Shown piece after piece: positions 53,160-64,000 of a stretch of 64,000 nucleotides of DNA (its first letter is position 1; each line of letters opens with the position of its first letter). The translations under genes were made by a program, and so were the position numbers. The notes under the pieces are model-generated. The model did no database searches, had not been told where the DNA came from, and was given only the letters and a program-made list of their open reading frames with translations. Source of the stretch: Pseudomonadales bacterium (GTDB taxonomy: Bacteria; Pseudomonadota; Gammaproteobacteria; Pseudomonadales; JAHEIH01); contig DATHYR010000176.1 in the NCBI GenBank assembly GCA_035458985.1, forward strand, positions 17,971-81,970, given 5' to 3'.

Positions 53160-54395
53160 ATGTCGCTATTCCAACCATTGTCTCTTAACTGTGGCTGCGT
53201 TCTCACCAATCGCCTCGCCAAAGCCGCCATGGAAGAAAACATGGCCGATCCTAACAATGCCCCATCGGACGCTTTGTTTAGGCTATATCGCGCCTGGGGG
53301 GAAGGCGGTATTGGCCTCATCATTACTGGCAATGTGATGGTGGACTATCGTGGCATGACAAGTCCTGGCGGCGTGGTCCTCGAAGACGACAGTGAGCTGG
53401 ATAAATTCAAATACTGGGCACAACAAGCGAAATGTCAGGGTGCCAAGGTTTGGATGCAAATCAATCACCCAGGTCGACAAATGCCCGCCAATCTCGGCCA
53501 AATGGCACTTGCCCCTTCTGTCGTTCCGTTGAATCTTGGCAACCTCAGTAAGAATTTCGCACCACAACGTGCCATGAGCGAGGCCGACATTCATGACATG
53601 ATTCATCGCTTTGCCACCACGGCGTCATTGGCTGAGCAGGCTGGCTTTGATGGGGTTGAGATACATGCCGCCCATGGCTACTTGATCAGCCAATTTTTAT
53701 CTCCCTTGAGCAACCGCCGTGAAGACGCATGGGGTGGCAGCCTTGAGAATAGGGCTCGCCTATTAATTAGCGTTGTGCGCGCCATCAATGCCAAGGTAAG
53801 CCCATCGTTTGCCATCGCCGTCAAACTCAACTCTGCTGACTTTCAGCGCGGCGGCTTTACTCAAGAAGACGCCTGCCAGGTGATTGAACTACTCAACAAC
53901 GAGCGTGTCGATTTGGTGGAACTCTCCGGGGGAAGCTACGAAGCGCCCGCCATGCAGGGCGATGTGCGCGATGGAAGCACCCTTGCGAGAGAAGCCTACT
54001 TTCTCAGTTTTGCAGAGACAATCGCATCCAAGGCCACGATGCCTTTGATGGTCACCGGCGGTATACGCCGCCGAGAAGTCGCACAACATGTGGTAGAGAG
54101 CGGCATAGCAATGGTTGGGATAGCCAGTGCATTGGCCATTACACCCGACCTACCCAAGCGCTGGCTAAACAACGACAACGTAGCGCCGCGCTTTCCCACG
54201 TTTCAATGGCAAAACAAAACGCTCACTGCACTCGCGAATATGGCCATTGTCAAATTTCAGTTACGCCGACTGGGCAAAGGACTAGCAAGCCGACCCCATG
54301 TCGCGCCCTGGTGGGCATTTCTTGTGCAGCAATTGATTTTATTACGACGCGCGAAACGTTACCGACAGTGGGCAGAGCAGCGGGCTAAAGCTTGA
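53160..54395 (+). CDS. NADH:flavin oxidoreductase, Old Yellow Enzyme family (2,4-dienoyl-CoA reductase-like FMN domain)
   Basis: 411 aa of the TIM-barrel OYE pattern (L.NR..KAAM.E, MQINHPGRQ, GFDGVEIHAAHGYLISQFLSP..N.R.D.WGGS). The substrate cannot be inferred. Confidence 0.8.
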   Translation: MSLFQPLSLNCGCVLTNRLAKAAMEENMADPNNAPSDALFRLYRAWGEGGIGLIITGNVMVDYRGMTSPGGVVLEDDSELDKFKYWAQQAKCQGAKVWMQINHPGRQMPANLGQMALAPSVVPLNLGNLSKNFAPQRAMSEADIHDMIHRFATTASLAEQAGFDGVEIHAAHGYLISQFLSPLSNRREDAWGGSLENRARLLISVVRAINAKVSPSFAIAVKLNSADFQRGGFTQEDACQVIELLNNERVDLVELSGGSYEAPAMQGDVRDGSTLAREAYFLSFAETIASKATMPLMVTGGIRRREVAQHVVESGIAMVGIASALAITPDLPKRWLNNDNVAPRFPTFQWQNKTLTALANMAIVKFQLRRLGKGLASRPHVAPWWAFLVQQLILLRRAKRYRQWAEQRAKA

Positions 54396-55017
54396 TATCA
54401 GGGCCATATTTATCGCGACCCGCGATAAACCGGCGACGATTTTCTTCTTTCTTTCGCTCGCTCTTACGCAGTAATACATACACCGCACCGGCCCCACCGT
54501 GGGGCTGTTGCGCACTGTGAAAGGCCATGACCTGTGGTAACTCTTGCAACCACTTATTCAGGTAGCTCTTCAAGATCGCTTTGTCGTCTGGCGAGGGTGC
54601 TACGCGCTCATTGAGTCGTTGATTAAGCCCCTTTCCGTGCACAATGAGGATATTGCGCACATCGTTTTCAACGCACTGCTCCACAAATTCAAAGACCACT
54701 TGACGGGCGCGTTTGACCGTCATTCGATGCAAATCAATACGCTGCTCAATCGGATATTTGCCCAGCTTCAACTTGCGGTACACCCCGTTTTGCACCCCAT
54801 CACGCTTGAAATCTAGGATATAAAAGGCGTCCAGCATCTCGACATAATCTTCGCTCAAGAAATTGCGGTCATGCTGTTTCTCAGCCGTCGCTAAACGTCG
54901 CCGTTCCAAAGCCGCCACATCGCTTTCAAGTACTTTTCCGACATCGGCTTTATCGGTCTTTTTGAGGGGGGTAACACCCTCCATTTCACTCATGAATAAG
55001 TCTAATTCGTCCGCCAT
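54385..55017 (-). CDS. Smr-domain protein (SmrB/YfcN-like endonuclease)
   Basis: About 210 aa from ATG 55017, preceded by AGGTAGGA. The Smr core is IDLHRMTVKRARQVV...ILIVHGKG...LK..L..WL. The ORF extends to 55119. Confidence 0.78.
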   Translation of the reverse strand: MADELDLFMSEMEGVTPLKKTDKADVGKVLESDVAALERRRLATAEKQHDRNFLSEDYVEMLDAFYILDFKRDGVQNGVYRKLKLGKYPIEQRIDLHRMTVKRARQVVFEFVEQCVENDVRNILIVHGKGLNQRLNERVAPSPDDKAILKSYLNKWLQELPQVMAFHSAQQPHGGAGAVYVLLRKSERKKEENRRRFIAGRDKYGPDIKL

Positions 55018-55103
55018 ATTCCTACCTGTTTGCCAATTGCGGTGGCATAGTGCGATGATACCCGGGTCGCCAAAACGATGCACGTGCAAGGATAAATTAC
55101 GCC

Positions 55104-55874
55104 ATGAAAAATACGCCAATGACTGGCCTTCATTATTTCAAACGCGGCCTTCAAGGCCTACGCTTAAGACCGCTGCGACCCTTCGTTGTCATTCCTGTCG
55201 CCATTAATATGGTTATATACGGCTGGGCGATGTATTTTGCCTATGGCAAACTCAGTGAATGGAACAATGCGCTACTCGATTATCTACCCGACTGGCTGGA
55301 TTTCCTGACCTGGCTTCTATGGCCCATGTTTATCCTGATGCTACTGGTCATCATGGCCTATTCTTTTACCATCCTGGCGAATTTGATCGCCTCCCCGTTT
55401 AACGGCCTGCTGTCAGAAAAAACCGAAAACATAGTCCTCAACAAGCAGGTACCGTCACCGTCTCGCCTAGTGGATTGGCTATTGTTAGTGCCGCGCGCCC
55501 TTGGCCGTGAGGTGCTGAAATGGATGTATTTTTTGCCGATCATCATCGGCCTATTGATTCTCACCTTCGTACCTGTGATCAATTTGATCACACCGGCGCT
55601 GTGGTTCATTTTCGGGGCATGGTCGATGGCTGTGCAATACGTGGATTTTTGTGCCGATAACCACCAACAAAGCTTTGCGGTTATGAAACGGGGACTTAAA
55701 AAATACCGATGGGCTTACTTAGGTTTTGGGGCAACTGTTGCGGCGGTCAGTGTGATCCCGCTGGCCAACCTATTGGTTATGCCAGCGGCGGTCATAGGCG
55801 GAAGCCTGATGTGGTCTGAGAATAACCTCGACGATACTAGCCCAGCAAATCCTCAGGAGGTAGTACCGCGTTAA
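55104..55874 (+). CDS. cysZ: sulfate transporter CysZ
   Basis: 256 aa polytopic protein. The N-terminus [11 protein letters not shown]...[11 protein letters not shown] is typical of the CysZ/EI24 family. Confidence 0.85.
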   Translation: MKNTPMTGLHYFKRGLQGLRLRPLRPFVVIPVAINMVIYGWAMYFAYGKLSEWNNALLDYLPDWLDFLTWLLWPMFILMLLVIMAYSFTILANLIASPFNGLLSEKTENIVLNKQVPSPSRLVDWLLLVPRALGREVLKWMYFLPIIIGLLILTFVPVINLITPALWFIFGAWSMAVQYVDFCADNHQQSFAVMKRGLKKYRWAYLGFGATVAAVSVIPLANLLVMPAAVIGGSLMWSENNLDDTSPANPQEVVPR

Positions 55875-57210
55875 GTTTGCGGCCCAACAACTCTTCAATG
55901 CTAGGCAACATGAAGGCGTCGTCTTCGCAAGCAAAACTGATCGACACACCCTGCGCCCCAGCACGACCAGTTCGGCCAATACGGTGAACGTAGTCCTCGG
56001 GGTCTTCAGGCAGGGTGTAATTAATCACATGACTGATACCGTCGATGTGAATACCACGCCCCGCCACATCAGTCGCCACCAATACTTTTAGCTTGCCAGC
56101 CTTAAAATCTTCCAAGGTACGGCTGCGTTTATTCTGAGGAATGTCACCCGACAAAATACCGGCTTTGAAGCCAGCCTTTAATAGCCGCTCGTGCAACTTG
56201 CGCGTGGTATCACGTCGGTTAGCAAAAATAATTACCGATTCCGCCTTTTCTTCGCTAATACATTTCTTCAGCAAGGCGAATTTTTCATCGGCGCTGACAA
56301 TATAAACGATCTGCTCGACGGTATCTGCGGCGACACTCTCGGGCTCGATTTCTACCCGCACAGGTTCGTGCGTCCAGCGCTCCGATAAATTTAAAATATC
56401 TGGGGTAAACGTCGCACTAAACAACAACGTCTGGCGTTGTGTTTTTTTCGGGGTATGGCTAATGATGCGCTTGACCTGGGGAATGAATCCCATGTCCAAC
56501 ATACGATCAGCCTCGTCGATCACCATGATTTCCACTTGATCAAGATAGACATGACCTCGTTCTTTGAAATCCATTAAGCGACCCGGGGTAGCCACGACAA
56601 TGTCGACGGCTCTATCTTCCAACTGTCGCAACTGGCGTTCATAGTCCACACCACCAATCAAATTCACCACGTGAAGATCGGTGTACTTGCATAGATTTTT
56701 AGCATCGTCGGCAATTTGCTGGACCAATTCACGCGTGGGTGCAATCACCAACGCGCGTGGCTCACCAATGTAGCGCGAACCTTCTACTGGCTTGTTGAGC
56801 AGGTCAGTAATCACTGTAATCAAAAACGCCGCTGTCTTACCGGTGCCCGTTTGGGCTTTACCAATGGCATCGTAACCATCCAAAGTATAAGGCAGAACTT
56901 GCGCCTGAATCGGTGAACAATACTCGTAGCCTAATTCCGCGATGCCGCGCATCAGCGATAAGGGCAGGTTCAAATCATGAAAGCGCTTTTTACCCTCTTG
57001 GACCGGGACCACGTATTCATCAATAGACCAAGGTTTCTGCGCTTTGGGTTGACGTTTAGCACGGGGTTTGGGGGAAGCAGACGCGGGTGAGGTTGTTGAC
57101 TTAGTCTGCGGTGTGGCTGGGGCATTTTTGGGCTTTTCTGCCTCGACATTGGCCTTAACAGGCGCGGCGACGTTAGACGCCGATGATTTTCCAAATAATC
57201 TCTTTAACAT
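55837..57210 (-). CDS. DEAD-box ATP-dependent RNA helicase (RhlB-like) with a basic low-complexity N-terminal tail
   Basis: Motifs: Q-motif context F..L.L, then [15 protein letters not shown] and [10 protein letters not shown]. The likely start is ATG 57210 ([10 protein letters not shown]). The ORF-track start 57420 would overlap moeB. Confidence 0.9.
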   Translation of the reverse strand: MLKRLFGKSSASNVAAPVKANVEAEKPKNAPATPQTKSTTSPASASPKPRAKRQPKAQKPWSIDEYVVPVQEGKKRFHDLNLPLSLMRGIAELGYEYCSPIQAQVLPYTLDGYDAIGKAQTGTGKTAAFLITVITDLLNKPVEGSRYIGEPRALVIAPTRELVQQIADDAKNLCKYTDLHVVNLIGGVDYERQLRQLEDRAVDIVVATPGRLMDFKERGHVYLDQVEIMVIDEADRMLDMGFIPQVKRIISHTPKKTQRQTLLFSATFTPDILNLSERWTHEPVRVEIEPESVAADTVEQIVYIVSADEKFALLKKCISEEKAESVIIFANRRDTTRKLHERLLKAGFKAGILSGDIPQNKRSRTLEDFKAGKLKVLVATDVAGRGIHIDGISHVINYTLPEDPEDYVHRIGRTGRAGAQGVSISFACEDDAFMLPSIEELLGRKLNAVLPPEDLLG

Positions 57211-57268
57211 ATATTCCGTCTCTAATTCGGTGGTTAGTCTACCACCTCTGTCACCCGGTCGATAGCGA

Positions 57269-58006
57269 TTACTTACTTCGACAAGGACATGTCGCTCGTG
57301 GCGCCATGGCGATGCGATGCCATTGACTGTCACGCGCATCATATAACTGCAACACGGGTTGCACCGGCATCGCCAGTAACACGCGTGTGGCTTCCACCGC
57401 TTGCTGACTTGCCACCACACCCACCAAAGGGCCTAGCACCCCATTGACCGCGCAACTGGCCTCTAGCTCTTCCCGCGACGGGTTAAAACATTCATAACAT
57501 GGATGAATCGGCTGATTGGGATTGGTCACAAATAGCTGCCCCTGCCACGCCGACGCCGCGGCAAAGACCACCGGTATGCGTAACGCCAAACAGGCATCGT
57601 TAATCGCAAAGCGCGCGGCGTAGTTATCGCTACAGTCGAGCACCACATCAGCCCCAGACAGCAGGCTAAGCGCATTATCGGGCGACAAACGATCAGTTAC
57701 CACAGCAAGGTCAACATAGGGGTTACGACGCTGCATCTCTCGCGCTAAGACGGAAGCTTTCAAAGCCCCGATATCGTCGTCTACATAGGCGATTTGACGG
57801 GCTAGATTACTCAATTCAATCGAGTCATCATCAATAATGGTGATATGACCGACACCGGCCGCTGCCAGATAAAGCCCAACGAGATTTCCTAATCCCCCCG
57901 CCCCGACTAACGTTACGTGCGCCGAAGCCAGTGCAAGCTGACCATCAACATCAATACCGGGCAACATAATCTGCCGTGAGTAGCGCAATAGTTGATCATC
58001 GTTCAT
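57269..58006 (-). CDS. moeB: ThiF/MoeB-family adenylyltransferase (molybdopterin-synthase adenylyltransferase-like)
   Basis: RYSRQI start, nucleotide loop GAGGLG and two Cys pairs (CYEC, CPC). The likely start ATG 58006 overlaps the prmC stop. MoeB versus ThiF specificity cannot be decided from sequence alone. Confidence 0.8.
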   Translation of the reverse strand: MNDDQLLRYSRQIMLPGIDVDGQLALASAHVTLVGAGGLGNLVGLYLAAAGVGHITIIDDDSIELSNLARQIAYVDDDIGALKASVLAREMQRRNPYVDLAVVTDRLSPDNALSLLSGADVVLDCSDNYAARFAINDACLALRIPVVFAAASAWQGQLFVTNPNQPIHPCYECFNPSREELEASCAVNGVLGPLVGVVASQQAVEATRVLLAMPVQPVLQLYDARDSQWHRIAMAPRATCPCRSK

Positions 58007-58833
58007 CAATTTTTCACCCCCACCGTTATTCGCCAATGCCCCCCAAAATCTTTAAAGCTCTCAACACGGTGGTAGCCCAATCGTCTCAACTGGGAGGTCA
58101 CCGCTTGGCGCTGGTCGAAGCCATGCTCCATCATCAACCAACCGCCGCTGCGGAGCACGCGAATAGATTGCTCGGCAATATTGACAAGATCCGCTAGGCC
58201 ACGGGCACCAGCCACAAGCGCTGAACGAGGTTCGAAGCGCACATCCCCCTCATTTAAATGCGGGTCAGTCGCTTCAATATAAGGAGGGTTACTCAGTACT
58301 ACGTCCATACTGGCATCCGCCAGGGCGTGTAACCAATCCCCACAAAAGAGAGGCACATCTAAGGCATTGGAAGCGGCATTTCGCTTTGCCAACCGACACG
58401 CTGCCAAACTGGCATCGCCAGCCAACATGCGCCACGAGGGACGTTCGCTTTTCAAAGCTAGCGCTATTGCGCCACTCCCCGTGCCAACATCGACAACATC
58501 GAGCGGCTCATCAGGCAATAAATTAAGGGCCGTCTCTACCAATACTTCCGTATCCGGCCGGGGAATCAAGGTAGAGGCATCAACCGCCAACTGTAAGGTC
58601 CAAAAGCCGCGCTGACCGAGAATGTGAGCGACAGGCTCGCCGTCGATACGCCGTGCCAGCAATTGCTCAAAATCCTGCCATTGACTCTGGCTAAGCGCAC
58701 GATCGGGCCACGTGAAAAAATAGCTTCGCTCAACGCCCAGCACGCGAGATAACAGTAACTCCGCATCCAACCGAGCAGAATCGCTCTTGATCCGAGCCGC
58801 CGCCGCCGAAATGACCTGACTAATAGTGGCCAC
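58006..58833 (-). CDS. prmC: release factor glutamine methyltransferase PrmC (HemK)
   Basis: 275 aa. SAM motif DVGTGSGAIAL and catalytic NPPY. The GTG start overlaps the prfA TAG. It lies downstream of prfA. Confidence 0.93.
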   Translation of the reverse strand: MATISQVISAAAARIKSDSARLDAELLLSRVLGVERSYFFTWPDRALSQSQWQDFEQLLARRIDGEPVAHILGQRGFWTLQLAVDASTLIPRPDTEVLVETALNLLPDEPLDVVDVGTGSGAIALALKSERPSWRMLAGDASLAACRLAKRNAASNALDVPLFCGDWLHALADASMDVVLSNPPYIEATDPHLNEGDVRFEPRSALVAGARGLADLVNIAEQSIRVLRSGGWLMMEHGFDQRQAVTSQLRRLGYHRVESFKDFGGHWRITVGVKN

Positions 58834-59918
58834 TAGCCCTCAGACATCGCTGCCAGTAAGTCTGCTTGGTGCTCTTGAATCAACGGTCCAATCACTGAAT
58901 CAAGATCCCCAGACATGACCTCGTTCAGTTTATACAAGGTCAGATTGATACGGTGGTCAGTAATACGGCTTTGGGGGTAGTTATAGGTGCGGATCTTATC
59001 GGAACGATCGCCACTGCCCACCAAGTCGCGACGTGTACTCGCCTGTTCGCTGGCAATTTTTTCCCGTGCGGCACGATCCAAGCGAGCCTTTAATAACGCC
59101 ATCGCTTTCGCACGGTTTTTGTGCTGTGAGCGCTCATCCTGACACTCCACGACCAATCCCGAGGGAATATGGGTAATACGAATCGCCGAGTCGGTTTTGT
59201 TAACGTGCTGACCCCCTGCGCCAGAGGCACGGAAAGTATCAACACGCAAGTCCGCTTTGTTAATTTCGATTTCATCGGCCTCTTCCGGCTCAGGCATGAC
59301 CGCCACAGTACACGCTGAGGTGTGAACACGCCCTTGCGATTCCGTCTCAGGGACACGTTGCACACGATGCGCACCCGATTCAAATTTTAACCGACCGTAG
59401 ACATTGCTACCGATGATGCGCGAAATAATCTCTTTGTAGCCGCCATGCTCACCTTCACGCTCACTGACAACCTCAACACGCCAGCCCTGACTTTCCGCAT
59501 AACGAGAGTACATACGAAACAAATCGCCAGAGAAAATCGCCGCCTCATCGCCACCCGTACCCGCACGAATTTCCAAGAAGGCATTGTTATCATCGTCGGG
59601 ATCTTTCGGCAGCATCAACACCTGCAGCTCATCTTCCAAGGCTTCTTTTTTAGCCTGCGCTAACTTGAGCTCGTCTTGCCCCATTGCTCGCATGTCTGGA
59701 TCATCTTCGTCGCACAATAACTTGGCTTCTTCAATATCTTCCAGCACAGTGCTGTACTTATTAAAGCACTGCGCCACAGGCTCAAGCTCAGCATATTCCT
59801 TGGAAAAAGCGCGAAACTTATCTTGATTACTAATGGTTTCTGGATCACTCAACAGCGCAGACAATTCTTCATAGCGCTCAGATAAGGATTCTAATTTATG
59901 CAATATCGATGCTTTCAT
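58833..59918 (-). CDS. prfA: peptide chain release factor 1
   Basis: 361 aa. GGQ motif ([11 protein letters not shown]) and RF1 tripeptide-anticodon region ([17 protein letters not shown], PxT). Confidence 0.98.
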   Translation of the reverse strand: MKASILHKLESLSERYEELSALLSDPETISNQDKFRAFSKEYAELEPVAQCFNKYSTVLEDIEEAKLLCDEDDPDMRAMGQDELKLAQAKKEALEDELQVLMLPKDPDDDNNAFLEIRAGTGGDEAAIFSGDLFRMYSRYAESQGWRVEVVSEREGEHGGYKEIISRIIGSNVYGRLKFESGAHRVQRVPETESQGRVHTSACTVAVMPEPEEADEIEINKADLRVDTFRASGAGGQHVNKTDSAIRITHIPSGLVVECQDERSQHKNRAKAMALLKARLDRAAREKIASEQASTRRDLVGSGDRSDKIRTYNYPQSRITDHRINLTLYKLNEVMSGDLDSVIGPLIQEHQADLLAAMSEG

Positions 59919-59921
59919 GTG

Positions 59922-61190
59922 TTATTCCGAGTCTTCCCCGGCATCCAATTCAAACAGTTGACGGCTCAAGGCCAATAAATCCAAGCGGCCGGACTCTCCG
60001 GCACGCTTCAATTGCGTTGTTGGGGCGTGGATCAGCTTATTGGTTAAGCCCCGCGCCAATTGCGCTAACACATGCTCCGGCTCGACACCGGCCTGCAATT
60101 GTTTAAGCGCACGGTCGAGCTCTACATCACGCGTGGCCTCGGCTTTAAGCCGAAAGGCGCGAATAGTATCGACCGCATCTAACGAGCGCAGCGCATTAAA
60201 ATAACGCTCTACGCCAAGGTGGATGATATCGTCAGCTTTGTTGGCTTCTTGCTGACGATTCTTGATGTTGCTATCAACAATCGAGCGCAGATCATCCACG
60301 GTGTACAAGTAAACATCATCGAGGTCACCCACCTCCTGCTCGATGTCGCGAGGTACCGCGATATCCACCATAAAAATGGGCCGATGGCGCCGCTGTTTCA
60401 AGGCTCGCTCGACGGCACCTTTACCCAAAATGGGTAGCTGACTTGCCGTCGATGAAATCACAATATCGGCGGCCTCGAGACGCTCCGGAATATCGGACAA
60501 CATGACCGCTTCAGCACCAAAACGGTCAGCCAAATCGCGTGCACGCCCTAGTGTCCGATTGGCAATCACAAGGTTGGAGACGCCATTCTCGCGAAGGTGG
60601 CGCGCCACCAGCTCGATCGTTTCACCCGCCCCAATTAGCAGCGCCGAGGTCTTACTCAAATCAGCAAAAATTTGCTTAGAAAGATCCACCGAGGCATAGG
60701 CAACAGACACGGGATTTTCGCCAATCGCGGTATCCGTGCGCACTTGCTTAGCCACGGCAAACACATGGTCAAACAACCGGTGCAACTGTCCTTTGACAGT
60801 GCCGGCCTCGCGCGCCACCGCCACAGCCGACTTCATCTGACCGAGAATCTGTGGCTCGCCCAGCACCATTGAATCCAGACCGCTAGCGACCTTCATCACA
60901 TGGTGGACCGCGGCCTCCTGCTGGTACACATAGGTGCATTGTGCCAACGCTTGCGCATCGACGCCATGAAAGTTGGCGAGCCACTGATGAATCGCGGGCG
61001 GCTGCTCGGAATCAGCATCAAAAAATACTTCGGTGCGGTTACAGGTCGACAAAATGACCATCTCTTCAACACCCAGCTGACGGCAACCGTCCTTCAAGGC
61101 GGCCTCCATCTGCTCTGGGACAAAGGCGACCTTTTCCCGGATATCGATAGAGGCAGACTTGTGGTTAATCCCCAAGGCTACCAAGGCCAT
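59922..61190 (-). CDS. hemA: glutamyl-tRNA reductase
   Basis: 422 aa. The catalytic Cys context is ILSTCNRTE. The NADPH loop is [11 protein letters not shown]. Confidence 0.96.
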   Translation of the reverse strand: MALVALGINHKSASIDIREKVAFVPEQMEAALKDGCRQLGVEEMVILSTCNRTEVFFDADSEQPPAIHQWLANFHGVDAQALAQCTYVYQQEAAVHHVMKVASGLDSMVLGEPQILGQMKSAVAVAREAGTVKGQLHRLFDHVFAVAKQVRTDTAIGENPVSVAYASVDLSKQIFADLSKTSALLIGAGETIELVARHLRENGVSNLVIANRTLGRARDLADRFGAEAVMLSDIPERLEAADIVISSTASQLPILGKGAVERALKQRRHRPIFMVDIAVPRDIEQEVGDLDDVYLYTVDDLRSIVDSNIKNRQQEANKADDIIHLGVERYFNALRSLDAVDTIRAFRLKAEATRDVELDRALKQLQAGVEPEHVLAQLARGLTNKLIHAPTTQLKRAGESGRLDLLALSRQLFELDAGEDSE

Positions 61191-61310
61191 GTAAATCTCC
61201 GCTGTTAAAATGGCGAAATTCTAGCAAAATACTTCCCTTCCGACACGTCATTTATGGCAATTACCCGATTGTCACTTGCGGGGATGCCGACCTTTGGGCA
61301 AACTTTATTC

Positions 61311-63074
61311 ATGACGAATATCACTGCGCTGACTCAACCCCTCAAGCACCTTGCTTACACAGGTTTTTTATGTGGGGTTTTGGTCGCCTGTAGTTCAGCG
61401 CCTCACAGGCCTGCGTTGAGTGACGCCGTCGCTACCGCGACCACTCCCGCGGCACCCAAGTCGGAACATCAACCGACGGCGCGCCTTGAACGCGACACAC
61501 TGCTCAACGTACTCAGCGGTGAAATCGCCGCCCGCCGAATGCTTGGAGACGAGGCTAGCCATCACATGTTGGCGGCCATGGCAAGGCAACCCGACGAGGC
61601 CTTGGCGGCCAGAACAGCGCGGATTGCCCATTTTTTTAAAGATGACATCACGCTCGACAACGCGGCCCAATTATGGCGCCAATTCGACCCTGAAGCTGCC
61701 GAGCCCCTTTATTTAAGAGCGGTTACCTATACACGCCAAGGCAGACTCAGTGAAGCGTTCGACCTCATGGAAACACTCCTTAACATGGGGGCAGACACCA
61801 ATTTTACCGCCATTGTCTCGGTGGTCAGCCAATATCCTGAACACGGCGAATACCTACACAGCGGTATCAAGCGATTACGCCAAACCCACGCCACCAACCT
61901 TCAGCTTATTTTGAGCGAGGCTATTTTATCCGATGCTGCCGGGCGTTCTGAAATGGCCTTGCAGTTTAGCAACGAAGCACTGGCGATAACCCCTGACAAT
62001 TATGCGGCTTTACATATAAAGGCGCGTGCTTTACAAATTTTGGAGCGTCACCAAGAGGCCATTGACACCTTGTTAATGGCGCTCGATTTATACCCAGAAA
62101 CCACCAATATGCGCCTGCACCTTGCGCGCATGCTGACCACTCGCGACCTGGCTGCCGCCAGCGAACAATTTGCTATTTTGGTGGAGCAAGCACCTAACGA
62201 CGCCAATCTGCGACTATCGCTTGCGCTGAGCCTAAAGGAACTCGGGCGTACCGATGAAGCCACCGCGCAATTCAATACCTTGCTCGACATGGGCCGCTTT
62301 ACCGACGAGTCCAACTACTATTTAGCGCAGATCTATCGTCAAAGCGCACCAGACCTTGCGGAGGGATTTAGCCTCGATATTAGTCGCCAAAGTCACTATT
62401 TTCTGCCTGGATTAGCCCTTTACATGGATCTCAAGTCCGACCAAGGAAAACTGCTAAGCGCCATCGACACGCTGCAAGCACGGTGGCTACCCGAAGACAA
62501 TCGCTCCGCTAGTATCGCCCTACTCGCCTCGCAGCGCTTGAGTGATATCGGCATGCCAAATGAATCCGCACACCTTCTTTCGCGCGCCATAGCACAGCTT
62601 AAGGATCGCACTGAATTGCGCTATACGCTCGCTTTAATGCAGCAAAGGACCGGGGACATTGATGCCGCTCAAGCGACGCTTGAAGCCAATATTGAAGAAG
62701 CCCCTGAGCACGCCGCCTCATTAAATGCCTTAGGTTATTTACTCGCAGAGCGTGGTAGTCAACTCCAACGGGCGGAATCATTAATCGCTCGCGCCATCGA
62801 ATTGCGCCCCAACGATGCCGCGATTATCGACAGCATGGGGTGGGTTTTATTTAAACAAGGTGACTCTGCCAAGGCCGCCAAGTACTTGACCCGCGCCCAT
62901 CAACTACTGGCCGACCCCGAGATCGCCTCGCATTTAGTCGAAGTGTTGTGGCACCTAAACCGACGCATCGAGGCCAGCGATGTCATCAGGGATGCACTAC
63001 AGCGCTTCCCCGACAGCCCCCTACTGCAGGACACGGTGCAACGGCTTCACATTCCACGCGAGACTCTCGAATAA
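61311..63074 (+). CDS. TPR-repeat lipoprotein (conserved neighbour upstream of lolB)
   Basis: Lipobox VLVACSS, then repeated TPR-like helices throughout. The start is one of ATG 61254, 61284 or 61311. Its position matches the TPR gene upstream of lolB in Pseudomonas, as I recall it. Confidence 0.75.
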   Translation: MTNITALTQPLKHLAYTGFLCGVLVACSSAPHRPALSDAVATATTPAAPKSEHQPTARLERDTLLNVLSGEIAARRMLGDEASHHMLAAMARQPDEALAARTARIAHFFKDDITLDNAAQLWRQFDPEAAEPLYLRAVTYTRQGRLSEAFDLMETLLNMGADTNFTAIVSVVSQYPEHGEYLHSGIKRLRQTHATNLQLILSEAILSDAAGRSEMALQFSNEALAITPDNYAALHIKARALQILERHQEAIDTLLMALDLYPETTNMRLHLARMLTTRDLAAASEQFAILVEQAPNDANLRLSLALSLKELGRTDEATAQFNTLLDMGRFTDESNYYLAQIYRQSAPDLAEGFSLDISRQSHYFLPGLALYMDLKSDQGKLLSAIDTLQARWLPEDNRSASIALLASQRLSDIGMPNESAHLLSRAIAQLKDRTELRYTLALMQQRTGDIDAAQATLEANIEEAPEHAASLNALGYLLAERGSQLQRAESLIARAIELRPNDAAIIDSMGWVLFKQGDSAKAAKYLTRAHQLLADPEIASHLVEVLWHLNRRIEASDVIRDALQRFPDSPLLQDTVQRLHIPRETLE

Positions 63075-63077
63075 ACC

Positions 63078-63605
63078 ATGATCCGCTCCCTTGCTTGCCT
63101 GTTAGTGCTCTTTTTAAGCGGCTGTTCCTCCCTCCCCGCCAGCCATGACAACACTTGGCTGTGGCAGCTAAGCGGTCGCGCCGTATTTCAAGGCCCTGAT
63201 CAGCGTGAAAGTGCCAATATTCTTTGGCAGTCTGCCGCACGGCGCGACAGCGTTCAACTCAGTGGACCGTTTGGTCAGGGCGCAGTGCGACTTATTGCGG
63301 ATAGCACCGGAGCCAGCCTGTGGCGTGACGGTGAAATTCAGGCCAGCGACATCGACATTGAATCCTTGTTAACCCAACACCTTCATTGGCAGGTACCCAT
63401 CAAAGAATTACGCGCTTGGGTCAGAGGCGACAATGCGCCCGGTGACATCCACGTCCTTGAAGAATCCGCGCAACGTCGTCGCTTTGAACAAGCCGGCTGG
63501 GTCATCGAGCAAAGCAAACTCGACCCCGAGGGAAGACCTCATAAAGTCGTGATTGCCCGCCCTCCCTATAAACTGACATTACTCATTGCCCAATGGAACT
63601 CATGA
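63078..63605 (+). CDS. lolB: outer-membrane lipoprotein LolB
   Basis: 175 aa with lipobox LFLSGCSS. It sits between the TPR gene and ispE, and the sequence fits a LolB-size beta-barrel. Confidence 0.85.
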   Translation: MIRSLACLLVLFLSGCSSLPASHDNTWLWQLSGRAVFQGPDQRESANILWQSAARRDSVQLSGPFGQGAVRLIADSTGASLWRDGEIQASDIDIESLLTQHLHWQVPIKELRAWVRGDNAPGDIHVLEESAQRRRFEQAGWVIEQSKLDPEGRPHKVVIARPPYKLTLLIAQWNS

Positions 63606-64000
63606 GCACCCCCCTTACCTTACTGGCCCCCGCCAAACTCAACCTGATGCTTCATATCACTGGGCGACGCGACGATGGCTACCACAATTTGCAAACGGTG
63701 TTTCAGATCCTCGACTACGGCGATACCATGCACTTTACCCTGCGCAACGACGACGCCCTCACCTTGACTGGCGATTTTCCCGGGGTACCTACGGAAAGCA
63801 ACATTATTTTCAAGGCCGCTCAGCTAATCAAACCATGGTCCAACGTACCCCCAGGCGTCTCGATCAACGTCGATAAAGTATTACCCATGGGCGGGGGACT
63901 CGGCGGTGGTAGTTCGAATGCCGCCACGACATTGCTAGCCCTCAACAAACTCTGGCACTGCCATCTCAGAGAAGACCAACTGGCTGAACTAGGCCTCCAA
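63602..64000 (+). CDS. ispE: 4-diphosphocytidyl-2-C-methyl-D-erythritol kinase IspE, N-terminal part (runs off the right edge)
   Basis: My translation from ATG 63602, which overlaps the lolB TGA, reads [34 protein letters not shown]...[17 protein letters not shown]. This is the GHMP kinase motif. Confidence 0.93.
   Translation, partial: MSTPLTLLAPAKLNLMLHITGRRDDGYHNLQTVFQILDYGDTMHFTLRNDDALTLTGDFPGVPTESNIIFKAAQLIKPWSNVPPGVSINVDKVLPMGGGLGGGSSNAATTLLALNKLWHCHLREDQLAELGLQ

Overview
This 64-kb window reads as core chromosome of a gammaproteobacterium, and I found no convincing novel multi-gene system. Gene order is almost collinear with the Pseudomonas-type arrangement as I recall it. About 66 protein genes and one RNA gene (rnpB) fill nearly all of the sequence.

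Gene content, left to right:
- dcw cell-wall/division cluster on the minus strand: murC (partial), murG, ftsW, murD, mraY, murF, murE, ftsI, ftsL, rsmH, mraZ.
- RNase P RNA (rnpB), then rsmI.
- lpoA-yraN-diaA-dolP, followed by a hybrid sensor kinase.
- sspBA, a cytochrome bc1 operon (petA plus a fused petB-petC ORF), rplM-rpsI, zapE, zapG.
- nif3, degS/algW, hisCDG-murA-ibaG, and a lone mlaC.
- yrbG-kdsD-lptCAB-rpoN-hpf-ptsN-rapZ-npr-mgtE-yjgA.
- yhdP-rng-maf-mreDCB, gatCAB, then an OYE flavoenzyme, smr, cysZ and a DEAD-box helicase.
- moeB-prmC-prfA-hemA, a TPR lipoprotein, lolB and ispE (partial).

I saw no tRNA, rRNA, CRISPR array, IS element, integrase, phage gene or toxin-antitoxin pair. 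Every long ORF not explained by a gene is an antisense or alternate-frame shadow of one.

Observations that deserve a second look are modest:
1. Cytochrome b and c1 are encoded as a single 678-aa ORF.
2. A visibly AT-richer orphan hybrid histidine kinase sits inside the otherwise conserved dolP/sspBA block.
3. mlaC is present, but mlaFED and mlaB are missing from their canonical site. kdsC is also missing between kdsD and lptC.
4. The mraZ promoter region carries candidate 10-bp-phased MraZ boxes.
5. All six convergent gene pairs overlap at their 3' ends, while co-directional operon ends carry textbook hairpin terminators.

All calls rest on reading the supplied translations and my own manual reverse-complementing. 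No database search or computed statistic was available.
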